A stretch of 64,000 nucleotides of DNA from Acetobacteraceae bacterium (GCA_027487675.1 JAIYDD010000163.1:253-64252); one strand, 5' to 3'; counted from the stretch's first letter, positions 19,691-30,550 are shown. The notes: generated from the sequence alone by a model not told the origin. Numbers and translations: made by a program.

Positions 19691-20345
19691 GCACGCCGTC
19701 CACCAGCCTGTCCGCCCAGGGCTGGCTGCGGAAGCCGGCGCGCAGCGCCTCCGGGTCGTAGTCCTCGCGCACCCAGTCCAGGAACGGCTTCGGGCCATGC
19801 GCCGCCTGGAAAGCCGCGTAGGCGCGGAAGAAGGCGTCCAGGATCCCCGTCCGCCCGGCCGAGACATGGCCGAAGCGCCAACGCAGCTGGTCGAGCGCCG
19901 CCTCCACCGGCCGGCCCTGCAGCAGCAGCCAGATGCCGGCCACGAGGCCGGTGCGGTCGGCGCCCGACTTGCAGTGGATCAGCACCGGCTCCGGCAGTTC
20001 CGCGAACAGCCCGGCCAGGCGCGCAATGCGGTCCTTGTGGGGGGCGCCGCGGCTTTCGAAGGGCGCGTCGGCATGGATCAGCCCGATCTCGGTCGCCCGC
20101 GCCCGCCCCAGCGCATCCGACCCGCAGACCTGCCGGTGGCCGCGCAGGTTGATCACGCTGCGCAGCCCATGCCGGCGCATCGCCTGCCCGAACTGCCAGG
20201 GCAGCGGGTGATTGGACCGATAGAGGCGGCCCGCCTCCACCACCCCCCAGTTGCGCCAGGAGATGCGCAGGATCGCGTGGTCGACCAGCAGGCTGTTCAG
20301 CCAGGCGCCGCGGCGCCCGGCCGCGGAGGAAAGGTCGCGAGGCAT
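19677..20345 (-). CDS. protein tyrosine/dual-specificity phosphatase
   Basis: Trimmed from ORF 19677..20648 to the ATG at 20345 (222 aa). The CX5R active site is 'HCKSGADRTG'. Confidence 0.8.
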   Translation of the reverse strand: MPRDLSSAAGRRGAWLNSLLVDHAILRISWRNWGVVEAGRLYRSNHPLPWQFGQAMRRHGLRSVINLRGHRQVCGSDALGRARATEIGLIHADAPFESRGAPHKDRIARLAGLFAELPEPVLIHCKSGADRTGLVAGIWLLLQGRPVEAALDQLRWRFGHVSAGRTGILDAFFRAYAAFQAAHGPKPFLDWVREDYDPEALRAGFRSQPWADRLVDGVLRRE

Positions 20346-20429
20346 GGCCGCGATATGGCCGCCCCGGCGCCGCTTGGCCAGCCACCCCGCGGGGCAGGCC
20401 GCGGCGAACCCGCGCCGCCGCCGGCGCGT

Positions 20430-20446
20430 TGGCACGGGTTCACGCA
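20430..20446 (+). promoter_or_regulatory. weak sigma54-like -24/-12 candidate upstream of the small QQDR gene
   Basis: In 'TGGCACGGGTTCACGCA' the -24 half (TGGCACG) is perfect. The GC of the -12 half is 1 nt too far away and TTGC is replaced by ACGC. Confidence 0.2.
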
Positions 20447-20465
20447 TCCAGGGACGCGCCACACC

Positions 20466-20672
20466 ATGTCGAACAAGGCCAGGCTGCCGCCCGTGCCGCC
20501 CGCCGCCGTCAGCCCCGCCGGCCCGGGCAGCGCCACGCCCGGCGAGGGCAAGCTGCCGGAGACCCTCGCCGAGGAGAACCGCCGGTCCCGCGACCGCCAC
20601 CTGGAGCAGCAGGGCCGCCAGGGCGACTTCCACCAGAACACCCACCACCAGGGCTACCAGCAGGACCGCTGA
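20466..20672 (+). CDS. small conserved hypothetical protein (C-terminal '...QNTHHQGYQQDR')
   Basis: 68 aa, the last part of ORF 19467..20672. I recall the C-terminal 'QGxxxQNTxxxGxQQDR' tail from small alphaproteobacterial proteins of unknown function, but this is from memory and not searched. Confidence 0.55.
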   Translation: MSNKARLPPVPPAAVSPAGPGSATPGEGKLPETLAEENRRSRDRHLEQQGRQGDFHQNTHHQGYQQDR

Positions 20673-20711
20673 GGGACCGGGCCGGCCGCCGCCTCACCCC
20701 GGCCGGGCCCC

Positions 20712-22043
20712 TCACCCCTCCACGCCGAGGTCGCGCATCCGCTTCCACAGCGTGGTGCGCGAGATCCCGAGCAGCCGCGCCGCCTCCGCCCGGCTGCCGC
20801 CGGCCCGCGCCAGCGCCTCCTCGATCGCCGCGCGGGTCGCCGCATCCAGCGCCGCGGCCAGCGGTCCCTGCGCCTCCCCGGCCGGCGCCGGCGCCTCTTC
20901 CAGCGCCTGTTCGGGGAAGAGGTCGGCGGCGCCGATCGCCTCGCCATCGGCCAGGGCGGCCGCGCGCTCGATGCGGTTGCGCAGCTCCCGCACATTGCCC
21001 GGCCAGTCATGCTCCGCCAGCGCCGCCAGCGCCCCTTCCGCCAGCCGGCGCGGGCCGAGCCCGAAGCGCGCCACCGCCTCGGCCAGCAGGCGCTGCGCCA
21101 GCCAGGGCAGGTCATCCGCGCGGCGGCGCAGCGGCGGCACCTCCACGGCGATCACGTTCAGCCGGTAGAACAGGTCCTGCCGGAACCGCCCCTGCCGCAC
21201 CAGGTCCGCCAGGTCGGCATGCGTCGCGCAGACCAGCCGCGCGCCGAAGGGCTTCTCGGCCGCGGCGCCGAGCGGCAGGAAGCTGCGTTCCTGCACCAGC
21301 CGCAGCAGCTTGGCCTGCAGCTCGGGCGGCAGCTCCGCCACCTCGTCCAGCAGCAGCGTCCCCGCCCCGGCGCGTTCCGCCACGCCGGCATGGCGCGCCG
21401 CGGCGCCGGTGAAGGCGCCGCGCTCATGCCCGAACAGCGTGCTCTCCGCCAGGTCGCGCGGGATCGCCGCGCAGTTCAGCGCGACGAAGGGTTTGTCCGC
21501 GCGCGCCGACGCGGCGTGGAGGAAGCGCGCCGCGACCTCCTTCCCCGCCCCCGTCTCCCCGGCCAGCACCACGGGGACATCGACGCGCGCCGCCTTGCGC
21601 AGCAGCGCCTCCACCGCGCGCATGGCGGCCGAGACGCCCAGCGCCGCCTGCTCCGGCGCGCCCTGCGCGGCTTCCGGCGCCGCCAGCGCCTCGGCCAGGG
21701 CGGCGACCAGCCGGTCCACGTCCACCGGCTTCGTCAGGTAGTCGCGCGCCCCGGCGCGCACCAGCCGCACCGCCTGCGCCACCTCGCCGAAGGCGGTCAT
21801 GAAGAAGGCCGGCAGCGCGCCGGCCTCGGCCAGCAGGCGCCGATAGACCTCCTCGCCGGACATGTCGGGCAGGCGGATGTCGCTGACCACGGCGTCGGGG
21901 CGCAGCGACCGCGCCTCCCGCAGCGCCGCCGCCCCGTCCGGCGCCAGGCGCGGCCAGAAGCCTTCCAGCCGCAGCCGCTGCACCAGCGCGGGGCCCAGCA
22001 CCGGGTCGTCCTCCACCACCAGCACGATCCGCCGCTGGCTCAT
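20712..22043 (-). CDS. sigma54-dependent response regulator (NtrC/AtoC/ZraR class)
   Basis: 443 aa. The receiver ('VVSDIRLPDMSG') is followed by an AAA+ domain with Walker A 'GETGAGKE' and the sigma54-contact loop 'GAFTGA'. The C-terminus carries an HTH ('AARLLGISRTTLWKRMR'). Confidence 0.9.
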   Translation of the reverse strand: MSQRRIVLVVEDDPVLGPALVQRLRLEGFWPRLAPDGAAALREARSLRPDAVVSDIRLPDMSGEEVYRRLLAEAGALPAFFMTAFGEVAQAVRLVRAGARDYLTKPVDVDRLVAALAEALAAPEAAQGAPEQAALGVSAAMRAVEALLRKAARVDVPVVLAGETGAGKEVAARFLHAASARADKPFVALNCAAIPRDLAESTLFGHERGAFTGAAARHAGVAERAGAGTLLLDEVAELPPELQAKLLRLVQERSFLPLGAAAEKPFGARLVCATHADLADLVRQGRFRQDLFYRLNVIAVEVPPLRRRADDLPWLAQRLLAEAVARFGLGPRRLAEGALAALAEHDWPGNVRELRNRIERAAALADGEAIGAADLFPEQALEEAPAPAGEAQGPLAAALDAATRAAIEEALARAGGSRAEAARLLGISRTTLWKRMRDLGVEG

Positions 22044-23551
22044 CCCGCCGCCCCCGCCCGCAGCGGGATCGCCAGCCGGATCAGCGTGCCGCCGCCCGGC
22101 CGCGCCGCGACCGAGGCGCGGGCGTCCAGGCTGCCCAGCAGGCCCACCACCACGTCGAGCCCGATCCCGCGCGAGGCCGCCGGCGCCGCGCCGCCGCCTG
22201 CCAGCCGTTCCGCCCGGGCGGGATCCAGGCCCGGGCCCTCATCCTCCACCTCGCAGACCAGCTCCGCCCCCTCGATCCGCGCCGCCAGCCCGACGCGCCC
22301 GCCGGGCGGCGTCGCGGCGCAGGCGTTCAGCAGCAGGTTCAGCAGCACCTGGCGCAACCCGCCGGAGGCCAGCGCCACCTCCTCCTCCGGCAGGTCGATC
22401 GCGAAGCGCAGCGCGACGCCGCGGCGTTCCGCGGCCGGGCGCAGCAGGTGGCGCAGGTCCTCGAAATCGGCGCGGGACAGCCGCCGGTCCTCCTCCGGCC
22501 GGTAGACGTTCAGCGTGCTGGTGACGATGCGGTCCAGCGCCGCGATGCCGCGGTCCAGGAAATCGAGCGATTCGGCGCGCACCTCGGCGCGGTCCCCGAA
22601 GCGGCGCAGCGTGGAGACGGCGGTGGCCAGCCCGCCGAGGGGGTTGCGCACCTCATGCGCGATGGTGGCCGCCAGCCGGCCGAGCGCGGCGCCCTGTTCC
22701 TGCTCGGCCAGCCGCGCGGCCAGCCTCTCGCGCTCCCGCACCCCGTCCACCATGCGGTTGTAGGCGGCCAGCACCTGCGCGGTGCGCGGGTCGGCGGCGG
22801 CCACCAGCGCCTCCGGCAGCTTGGCGGCCGGGCGCTCCGCACCGTCCGACAGGCGGTCCACCAGGGCGCGCAGCGGCCGGCCGATGCGGCGCAGCACCAG
22901 CCAGGCGGCGGCGGCGAACAGCGCCGCCAGCAGCGAATCGACGAGGACGATCCCCCAGGCGAGCCGCGCGCGGGCCGCCAGGATCGGCGCGACGTCGAGC
23001 GCGGCGACGACGCGCCCGACCTCCCCCGCCTCGCCGTCCACCGTGCGGACGACCCAGCCGGTGCCGGTCGCCGCCTCCATCACCAGGGGGCCGCGCGGCA
23101 GCGCCCGCGCCGTCTCCTCGGGCAGGGCAGGATCGCCATGGCGGGCGATCAGCGCGCCATCGGGGGCGAAGGCGAACAGCGCGCGTTCGGCGATGCCGCG
23201 CTGCTCGGCGAAGGCGCGGGCGAAGCGCGCCTCGACATAGGCGCCGTCGCGGCCCTCCAGCCCCTGGCGGACGCTGGCCGCCAGCCCGTCCAGGTAGACC
23301 TGGCCGAGCCGTTCCAGCTGGCGGTCGGCCTCGCGGTTCTTGACCGACAGCGCGACCTGGGTGGTGCCCACCGCGACGACGAAGACGATGGCCCCGGCCG
23401 CCGCCGGCAGGCGCAGCGCGGGCAGGACGCCGGTTGTCGGGCGGGACAGCCCGGGGGCGGCGCCGGGTGGCCCGGGGGGAGGCTTCGGCTCGCCCCCATA
23501 TCCGTCGCGGCAGTGCCGCGCCCCACCAGGACCGGCGTCCCGGACCTGCAT
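22040..23551 (-). CDS. sensor histidine kinase (two TM, periplasmic sensor)
   Basis: H-box 'AHEVRNPLGG', N-box 'LLNLLLNA' and G-box 'DEGPGL...GIGL'. Its stop overlaps the regulator start (ATGA). The start is uncertain: I chose ATG 23551 because the longer ORF runs through a REP element. Confidence 0.75.
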   Translation of the reverse strand: MQVRDAGPGGARHCRDGYGGEPKPPPGPPGAAPGLSRPTTGVLPALRLPAAAGAIVFVVAVGTTQVALSVKNREADRQLERLGQVYLDGLAASVRQGLEGRDGAYVEARFARAFAEQRGIAERALFAFAPDGALIARHGDPALPEETARALPRGPLVMEAATGTGWVVRTVDGEAGEVGRVVAALDVAPILAARARLAWGIVLVDSLLAALFAAAAWLVLRRIGRPLRALVDRLSDGAERPAAKLPEALVAAADPRTAQVLAAYNRMVDGVRERERLAARLAEQEQGAALGRLAATIAHEVRNPLGGLATAVSTLRRFGDRAEVRAESLDFLDRGIAALDRIVTSTLNVYRPEEDRRLSRADFEDLRHLLRPAAERRGVALRFAIDLPEEEVALASGGLRQVLLNLLLNACAATPPGGRVGLAARIEGAELVCEVEDEGPGLDPARAERLAGGGAAPAASRGIGLDVVVGLLGSLDARASVAARPGGGTLIRLAIPLRAGAAG

Positions 23552-23617
23552 CAAAGGGCCATGCCTGCGGGAGGCGGCGCGCGTCGGGGCCATCCCGGCC
23601 GCGCCGAGGCGCAACCG

Positions 23618-23664
23618 CTCTCCCTCTCCCGCCCTGGCGGGAGAGGGTCGGGGTGAGGGTGGGG
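23618..23664 (+). repeat. short REP, family 3
   Basis: 'CTCTCCCTCTCCCGCCCTGGCGGGAGAGGGTCGGGGTGAGGGTGGGG'. Confidence 0.6.
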
Positions 23665-23727
23665 CGCGCTGCGCCGGACGGACAGCCTCGCCTGGCCCAG
23701 GCACTGCCGCCGCACCCCGCGACCGCC

Positions 23728-23809
23728 CCGTGCCGCCGCGCGTTCCGCCCCGCGCGCCAGCGCGACCGCCCCGCGCGCCAGCGCCGCGGCGGAACGCGCG
23801 GCGGCACGG
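23728..23809. terminator. long GC hairpin between mrpG and the kinase gene (possible attenuator/terminator, no U-tract)
   Basis: The 22-nt arms 'CCGTGCCGCCGCGCGTTCCGCC' and 'GGCGGAACGCGCGGCGGCACGG' are perfectly complementary. The loop contains a direct repeat 'CCCGCGCGCCAGCGC' x2. Confidence 0.3.
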
Positions 23810-23862
23810 CCGGGGGTGGCGCGGCTGGGGTCCATGCCCGGACCCTGCCCGCCGCCCGCGCC

Positions 23863-25209
23863 CTAGGGCAAGAGGGTCAGCGGCGCCGTCTCGCCGGCGA
23901 TCTCGTGCGCGCAGATGCGCAGGCTGTCGAAGACGCCGCCCTGGCGGGTGGTCAGGCAGGACATCACCGCCGCGTCGTAGCGGGCGATGCGGGCGCGGAG
24001 CGCCGGCGCCTCGAAGTCCGGCTCCAGCGCCGGCAGCATCGCCACCTGGCGGCCATGCGCCCGCAGCAGCGCCGCCTGGCCATCGGCCATGGCGCGCACC
24101 GCCGGGCGGTCCTCGCCCAGCGCCAGGATCGAGACGGTGGCCTCCGGCCAGAGCCCGCTGCGCAGCAGCCCGGCCGCCAGCGCGCCGCAGCCATCGCCGG
24201 CGCCGACCAGCATCACCACCTCCCGCACCACGCCAGGCCGGCGGGCGACGCGCAGCACCGGCGCGATGCGGGCGCGCGCGACGGCGGCGGCGACCTCCTC
24301 GGCGGGGTCGCAGGGCAGGCCGTGCGGGCCGGCGCCGGCGGGCAGCACCACCAGGTCATGCCCGGCGAGCAGCATGGCCAGCGCGCGCGGATCGGCTTCC
24401 TCGTGCCGGGCCTCGGCCTCCAGGCCCGGCAGGGCGGCCACCGCCTCCTGGAAGGCCTGCAGCGCGACGGCGGCGTCCTGGCGCAGCCGGGCGCGGCTGC
24501 GGCCTTCCGCCCATTCCGCCCAATAGGCACCGCCGATGCCGACCGGCCCCTGCCAGCGCCGCGGCGCCTGGCCGAGGCCCGACAGCCCGACCAGCTGCGC
24601 GCCCGCCCCCCGCGCCAGGTCGATCGCGGTCGCGGTGGCCGCCGGCTGGGCCGGGCCGCCCACCAGGCCGCAGAGGATGCGGCGGATCGCCGCGGGCTCC
24701 GCCGCGGCCTGGGCCTGCCGCGCGGTGGCGGCGCCGCGGCGGGCGGCATCGCCCGGCCAGCGGAATTCCGGGGTGGCGCTCATCGAAGGGTCCTTGCCGG
24801 ACGGGTCGGTGGAGGGGGAGAAGCGCGCCGGCCGGGGCCTGGCGGTGCGTGCCGGGTCGATGTCGAACACCTTGCGGTCCAGCACGCCGGACAGCGCATC
24901 GGCGACCGAGGCCGCGCCGAGCGGCGCGCCGGCGACATAGGCCGCGCGCCCCAGCGCGTGGGAGGCCAGCGGCGCGGTCAGCAGGATGAAGGCCACCGCG
25001 GCCAGCGCGGTCAGCACCGCGCCGGCGGTGCCGATGGCAAGCCCGGCGCCGAGCACCAGCAGCCCCGCGCCCATCGCACCCGCCTTGGCGGCGGCATGCA
25101 TGCGCATGAAGGGATCGGTCAGCCGCGCGACGCCGACCGCCGCAAAGGCCACGATCGCGCCGCCGCCGACCAGCAGCAGCGACGCCAGGATCTCGATCGC
25201 GATCCTCAT
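23863..25209 (-). CDS. mrpG: Na+/H+ antiporter subunit G fused to a C-terminal tandem USP-like domain
   Basis: 448 aa. The first ~110 aa are a normal MnhG/PhaG ('LTDPFMRMHAAAKAGAMGAG', 3 TM). No stop separates them from ~300 further soluble residues with two alpha/beta segments that look USP-like ('VVMLVGAGDG...', '...APLTLLP'). Confidence 0.8.
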   Translation of the reverse strand: MRIAIEILASLLLVGGGAIVAFAAVGVARLTDPFMRMHAAAKAGAMGAGLLVLGAGLAIGTAGAVLTALAAVAFILLTAPLASHALGRAAYVAGAPLGAASVADALSGVLDRKVFDIDPARTARPRPARFSPSTDPSGKDPSMSATPEFRWPGDAARRGAATARQAQAAAEPAAIRRILCGLVGGPAQPAATATAIDLARGAGAQLVGLSGLGQAPRRWQGPVGIGGAYWAEWAEGRSRARLRQDAAVALQAFQEAVAALPGLEAEARHEEADPRALAMLLAGHDLVVLPAGAGPHGLPCDPAEEVAAAVARARIAPVLRVARRPGVVREVVMLVGAGDGCGALAAGLLRSGLWPEATVSILALGEDRPAVRAMADGQAALLRAHGRQVAMLPALEPDFEAPALRARIARYDAAVMSCLTTRQGGVFDSLRICAHEIAGETAPLTLLP

Positions 25210-25517
25210 TCCGCCGGTTCCCGCGGCGGCGACAGGCTCGCGCGTTCCAGCAGCCGCGCGAAGGCGATGGCCGTCAGGAAGCCGACCAGCGCCAGGCCGA
25301 AGGCGATGTCGAGGAAGGCGGCATGCCCCGCGATCACCGCGACCAGCGCCGCGAAGCAGACGCCGATCAGCCCGAGCATGTCGGTGGCGATCGCGCGGTC
25401 CGCCGAGGACGGGCCCGCCAGCAGCCGCAGCGCCACGGGGATGCAGCCCAGGCCGACGAGCAGCGCGGCGAAGCCCGCCGCCCAGGGGATCAGGCCGGGG
25501 ATCAGGCCGGTGGTCAT
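25206..25517 (-). CDS. mrpF: Na+/H+ antiporter subunit F
   Basis: 103 aa with 3 TM. The gene has ATGA overlaps at both ends. Confidence 0.85.
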   Translation of the reverse strand: MTTGLIPGLIPWAAGFAALLVGLGCIPVALRLLAGPSSADRAIATDMLGLIGVCFAALVAVIAGHAAFLDIAFGLALVGFLTAIAFARLLERASLSPPREPAE

Positions 25518-25836
25518 GGCAGCACCTCCCGCGCGCGGGCTTCGAGCGTCGACTTCATGCCCGCGATCGCCGCCGCATGGTCCGGCGCGTCGAGCACATG
25601 GACATAGAGCGTGCGGCCATCGGCCGAGACGTCGAGGCTGGTGGTGCCCGGCGTCAGCGTGACCATGTCCGCGAACAGCACCGTCCCGCCGGGCGAGCGC
25701 ACGTCGAGCGGCACCGCCAGGATGGCCGGGCGCAGCCGCCCGGGATCGCCGAGCACGGCGCGGATGGTGGCGACGGTGGACTTCGCGAGCTCGGCGACGA
25801 AGGTGACGCCGACGCGGATCCAGGCGAGGACGAGCC

Positions 25837-25840
<4 letters not shown>
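25514..25840 (-). CDS. mrpE: Na+/H+ antiporter subunit E (short form)
   Basis: Trimmed to the ATG at 25840 (108 aa), which overlaps the mrpD stop (ATGA). The conserved MnhE block is 'FADMVTLTPGTTSLDVSADGRTLYVHVLD'. The usual N-terminal TM segment is missing. Confidence 0.75.
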
Positions 25841-27359
<1,519 letters not shown>

Positions 27360-27363
<4 letters not shown>

Positions 27364-27773
27364 GCGGCCTCCTTCCGGCCGGCGACGGCGGCGGCGGGCG
27401 CGGGGGCGGGCGCGGCGGCGTCATCCGGGCGCTCGGCCTCGTCCATCTCCTCGGCGCTGACGGTGCCGAAGGCGGCATGGGCGCGCATCACCAGCACCAG
27501 CGCGAAGGCCGCCAGGCCGAAGCCGATGACGATCGCGGTCAGCACCAGCGCCTGCGGCAGCGCGTTGGCGGCATCCGCCGCCAGCGCCTCGGCGCCCGGC
27601 GGCACCAGCGGCGGCACCATGGTGCCGGTGCGCCCGGCGGCGAAGATCGTCAGGTTGGCCCCGGTGCCGAGCAGCACGAAGCCCAGCAGCCCGCGCAGCA
27701 GGTCGCGCGCCAGCAACAGCCAGGCGGCGGCGGCGACCAGCACGCCGACGGTCAGCGCGAACATGGCGTCCAT
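27360..27773 (-). CDS. mrpC: Na+/H+ antiporter subunit C (NuoK-like)
   Basis: 137 aa, the last part of ORF 27360..29093, starting at ATG 27773. It has 3 TM and 'LTAIVIGFGLAAF'. Confidence 0.85.
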
Positions 27774-28195
27774 CAGGCCGCCTCCTCGCCCAGCAGGGCG
27801 AAGACCATCGCGGTGATCGTGCCGATCACGGTCAGGTAGACGCCGATGTCGAAGACCAGCGCGGTGCCGATCGGCAGCTTGAAGCCGATGTCGGGGAACC
27901 ACCAGCGATGCGTCAGGTAGCCCGCCGAGGGGTCGATCCAGGCCAGCAGCCCGCTGCCGAGGCCGAGCAGCAGCCCGATGCCGCACCAGCTGGCCGGCGG
28001 CAGGCGCATGGCGCGCAGCGCCGCCCCCTGCCCGCGGCTGATCGCGTAGAAGACCAGCCCCGCGGAGGCCACCAGCCCGCCGACGAAGCCGCCGCCCGGC
28101 TCGTTGTGCCCGCGGACCAGCAGGTAGGCGGAGACGGCCATCGGCACCCAGAGCAGCAGCGGTGCCGAGACCCGCAGGATGAGGGAGGCGTCCAT
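27773..28195 (-). CDS. mrpB: Na+/H+ antiporter subunit B
   Basis: 140 aa with the MnhB core '[13 protein letters not shown]'. Confidence 0.85.
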   Translation of the reverse strand: MDASLILRVSAPLLLWVPMAVSAYLLVRGHNEPGGGFVGGLVASAGLVFYAISRGQGAALRAMRLPPASWCGIGLLLGLGSGLLAWIDPSAGYLTHRWWFPDIGFKLPIGTALVFDIGVYLTVIGTITAMVFALLGEEAA

Positions 28196-28198
28196 GGC

Positions 28199-30520
28199 TC
28201 AGTTCCCCGGGCGCAGCGGCCGCGCCGCGCCGCGCAGCAGCGCGATGACGGCGAAGGCGGCGATGGCCAGCACCGCGATCTCGCCCAGCGTGTCGAGCGC
28301 GCGGAAATCCACCAGGATGACGTTGACGACGTTGCGGCCATGCCCGGCCGGCACGCTGGTCTCGCCGAACCAGGCGCCGAGCCGCGGGTCGAAGGGTGCC
28401 GCCAGCACCGCCATCAGCAGCGCGGCGACCGAGCCGCCGAGCAGCAGCGCCACCCCCGCATCGCCGGCGCGCTGGCCGCGCGTGCGCGTGTCGGTGCCGC
28501 GGATCGGCAGGCGGATCAGCACGGTGGCCAGGATGACCACCAGCAGCACCTCGACCGTGAACTGCGTGAGCGCCACGTCGGGCGCGCCGAACATCAGGAA
28601 GACCAGCGCCGTGCCGAAGCCGACCAGGCCGAGCGCCATCACGGCGGCGAAGGTGCTGCGCGCCAGCGCCGCCGCGATGGCGCCCAGCACGATGACGCCG
28701 AAGGCGAAGGCGCGCGGATCGAGCGCGCCCTCCGCCGGCCGGTCGAGCCCGCCGCGCGCCAGCAGCACCGCCAGCGGCGCGATCGCCAGCACCAGCAGCA
28801 GCACGCGCATGTAGCCGCGCAGGCTGCCATGCTGCACGGCGCGCGTCGTGCCCTCGGCCCAGGCGACCAGGCCAGCAAGCGCATGCTCGTAGCCGCGCGA
28901 CGGGCCATGGCTGTCGAAGGTGGAGACGCGGCGCAGCCGGGGCATCAGCCTTTCCCACCCCAGCAGGATCAGCAGGCCGAGGCCGATGGTCGCGGCGCTC
29001 AGCGCCAGCACCGGCGTGAAGCCGTGCCAGAGCTTCAGCGGCACCTCGACCGGGCGGCCGAGGATCGCGGTCGCGGCGCCGTCCAGCATCCAATGGCCGA
29101 CCAGCCCCGGCGCGATGCCGGCCAGCAGGCCGAAGCCCGCCAGCAGGATCGGCCCGGCCAGCATGGATTTCGGCGGGTCGTGCGGGACGGCCGGCGTCGG
29201 CCGGCGCGCGCCGAAGAAGATGCGCAAGGACAGCAGGCCCGCCACCGCGACCATCGCCGCGTTGACCGCGAAGCCGATCGCCGCGACCACGCCCGCCGCG
29301 CCGCCCGCGGCCAGCTTCGCCTCATAGACGATCTCCTTCGCCACGAAGCCGACGAAAGGCGGCAGGCCGGCCATGGACAGCGCCGCCAGCACAGCGGCGG
29401 TGGCCGTCCAGGGCATCGCGCCGCGCAGCCCGCCGAGCGCGGAGGCATCGCGCGAGCCCGTCTCGTGGTCCAGGATGCCGGCGATCAGGAACAGCGCCGC
29501 CTTGTAGAGCGCGTGCACCAGCAGGAAGGTCACGGCGGCGGTCGCCGACAGTTCCGGCGCCAGGCCGATCAGCAGCACCAGCGTGCCGAGCGCGGTGACG
29601 GTGGTGTAGGCCAGCACGCGCTTGAGGTCGGTCTCGCGCAGCGCCAGCACCGCGCCGGTGGCCGCCGTCAGCAGGCCCGTCCAGGTCAGCAGGCCCTGCC
29701 ACAGCGCATCCTCCTGCCAGACCGGGTTGAGCCGCGCCAGCAGGTAGACGCCGAGCTTCACCATGGTGGCGGAATGCAGGTAGGCGCTGACCGGCGTCGG
29801 CGCGGCCATCGCGTTGGGCAGCCAGAAATGGAAGGGGAACTGCGCCGACTTGGTGAAGCAGCCGAGGATCACCAGCAGCATCGCCGGCACCGCGGCAGGA
29901 TGCGCCAGCACCGCCTCCCGCGCCGCGACGATGCCGGAGATGCTGGTGGTGCCGGCGGCGATCGCCACCAGGACCAGCCCCGCCAGCAGCGCCAGCCCGC
30001 CGCCGCCGGTGACCAGCAGTGCCTGCAGCGCCGCGCGCCGCGCGCCCGGCTTCTCGTGGTCGTGGGCGACCAGGAAGAAGGAGGCGATGCTGGTCAGCTC
30101 CCAGAACACGAACAGCGTCACGACGTCGTCCGCCGTGACGGCGCCGAGCATCGCGACCATGAACACCATCAGCAGCACGACCAGCCGGTTCAGCCGCGGG
30201 TCGGCCTTCAGGTAGCGCCCGGCATAGAGCAGCACGAGCGCGCCGATCCCGGTGATCAGCAGCGCGAAGAGCAGCGACAGCCCGTCGAGCCGGAGCCCCC
30301 CCGCGATGCCGAGCGAGGGCACCGCCCAGAAGGCCGCCGCCGGCGGCGGCTCCGCGCCCGCCACGGCGGCGATCATGGCCAGGTAGCAGACGAAGCCGAG
30401 GCCGGCGGCGCCGCAGCCCAGCACCGCGCCGCGCCGGCCATCGAGCCGTGCGGCGACGCAGGCCGCGACCAGCCCGGCCGCGAGCGGGATCAGCAGGAGG
30501 AAGGGGTGCAGGGCGCTCAT
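28199..30520 (-). CDS. mrpA: Na+/H+ antiporter subunit A (NuoL/ND5-like with MrpB-like C-terminal extension)
   Basis: Trimmed from ORF 28199..31081 to the ATG at 30520 (773 aa). Motifs are 'FVFWELTSIASFFLV' and 'KSAQFPFHFWLPNAMAAPTPVSAYLHSATMVKLGVY'. Confidence 0.92.
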   Translation of the reverse strand: MSALHPFLLLIPLAAGLVAACVAARLDGRRGAVLGCGAAGLGFVCYLAMIAAVAGAEPPPAAAFWAVPSLGIAGGLRLDGLSLLFALLITGIGALVLLYAGRYLKADPRLNRLVVLLMVFMVAMLGAVTADDVVTLFVFWELTSIASFFLVAHDHEKPGARRAALQALLVTGGGGLALLAGLVLVAIAAGTTSISGIVAAREAVLAHPAAVPAMLLVILGCFTKSAQFPFHFWLPNAMAAPTPVSAYLHSATMVKLGVYLLARLNPVWQEDALWQGLLTWTGLLTAATGAVLALRETDLKRVLAYTTVTALGTLVLLIGLAPELSATAAVTFLLVHALYKAALFLIAGILDHETGSRDASALGGLRGAMPWTATAAVLAALSMAGLPPFVGFVAKEIVYEAKLAAGGAAGVVAAIGFAVNAAMVAVAGLLSLRIFFGARRPTPAVPHDPPKSMLAGPILLAGFGLLAGIAPGLVGHWMLDGAATAILGRPVEVPLKLWHGFTPVLALSAATIGLGLLILLGWERLMPRLRRVSTFDSHGPSRGYEHALAGLVAWAEGTTRAVQHGSLRGYMRVLLLVLAIAPLAVLLARGGLDRPAEGALDPRAFAFGVIVLGAIAAALARSTFAAVMALGLVGFGTALVFLMFGAPDVALTQFTVEVLLVVILATVLIRLPIRGTDTRTRGQRAGDAGVALLLGGSVAALLMAVLAAPFDPRLGAWFGETSVPAGHGRNVVNVILVDFRALDTLGEIAVLAIAAFAVIALLRGAARPLRPGN

Positions 30521-30532
30521 CGCACCCGCATC

Positions 30533-30550
30533 AACAAGCGGCGTGCCAGG
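30533..30550 (-). promoter_or_regulatory. near-consensus sigma54 -24/-12 element immediately upstream of mrpA
   Basis: The minus strand reads 'CCTGGCACGCCGCTTGTTGATGCGGGTGCGATG'. This is TGGCACG-N4-TTGT with correct spacing and one mismatch (T for the conserved -12 C). The element ends 12 nt before the mrpA ATG. Confidence 0.3.
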
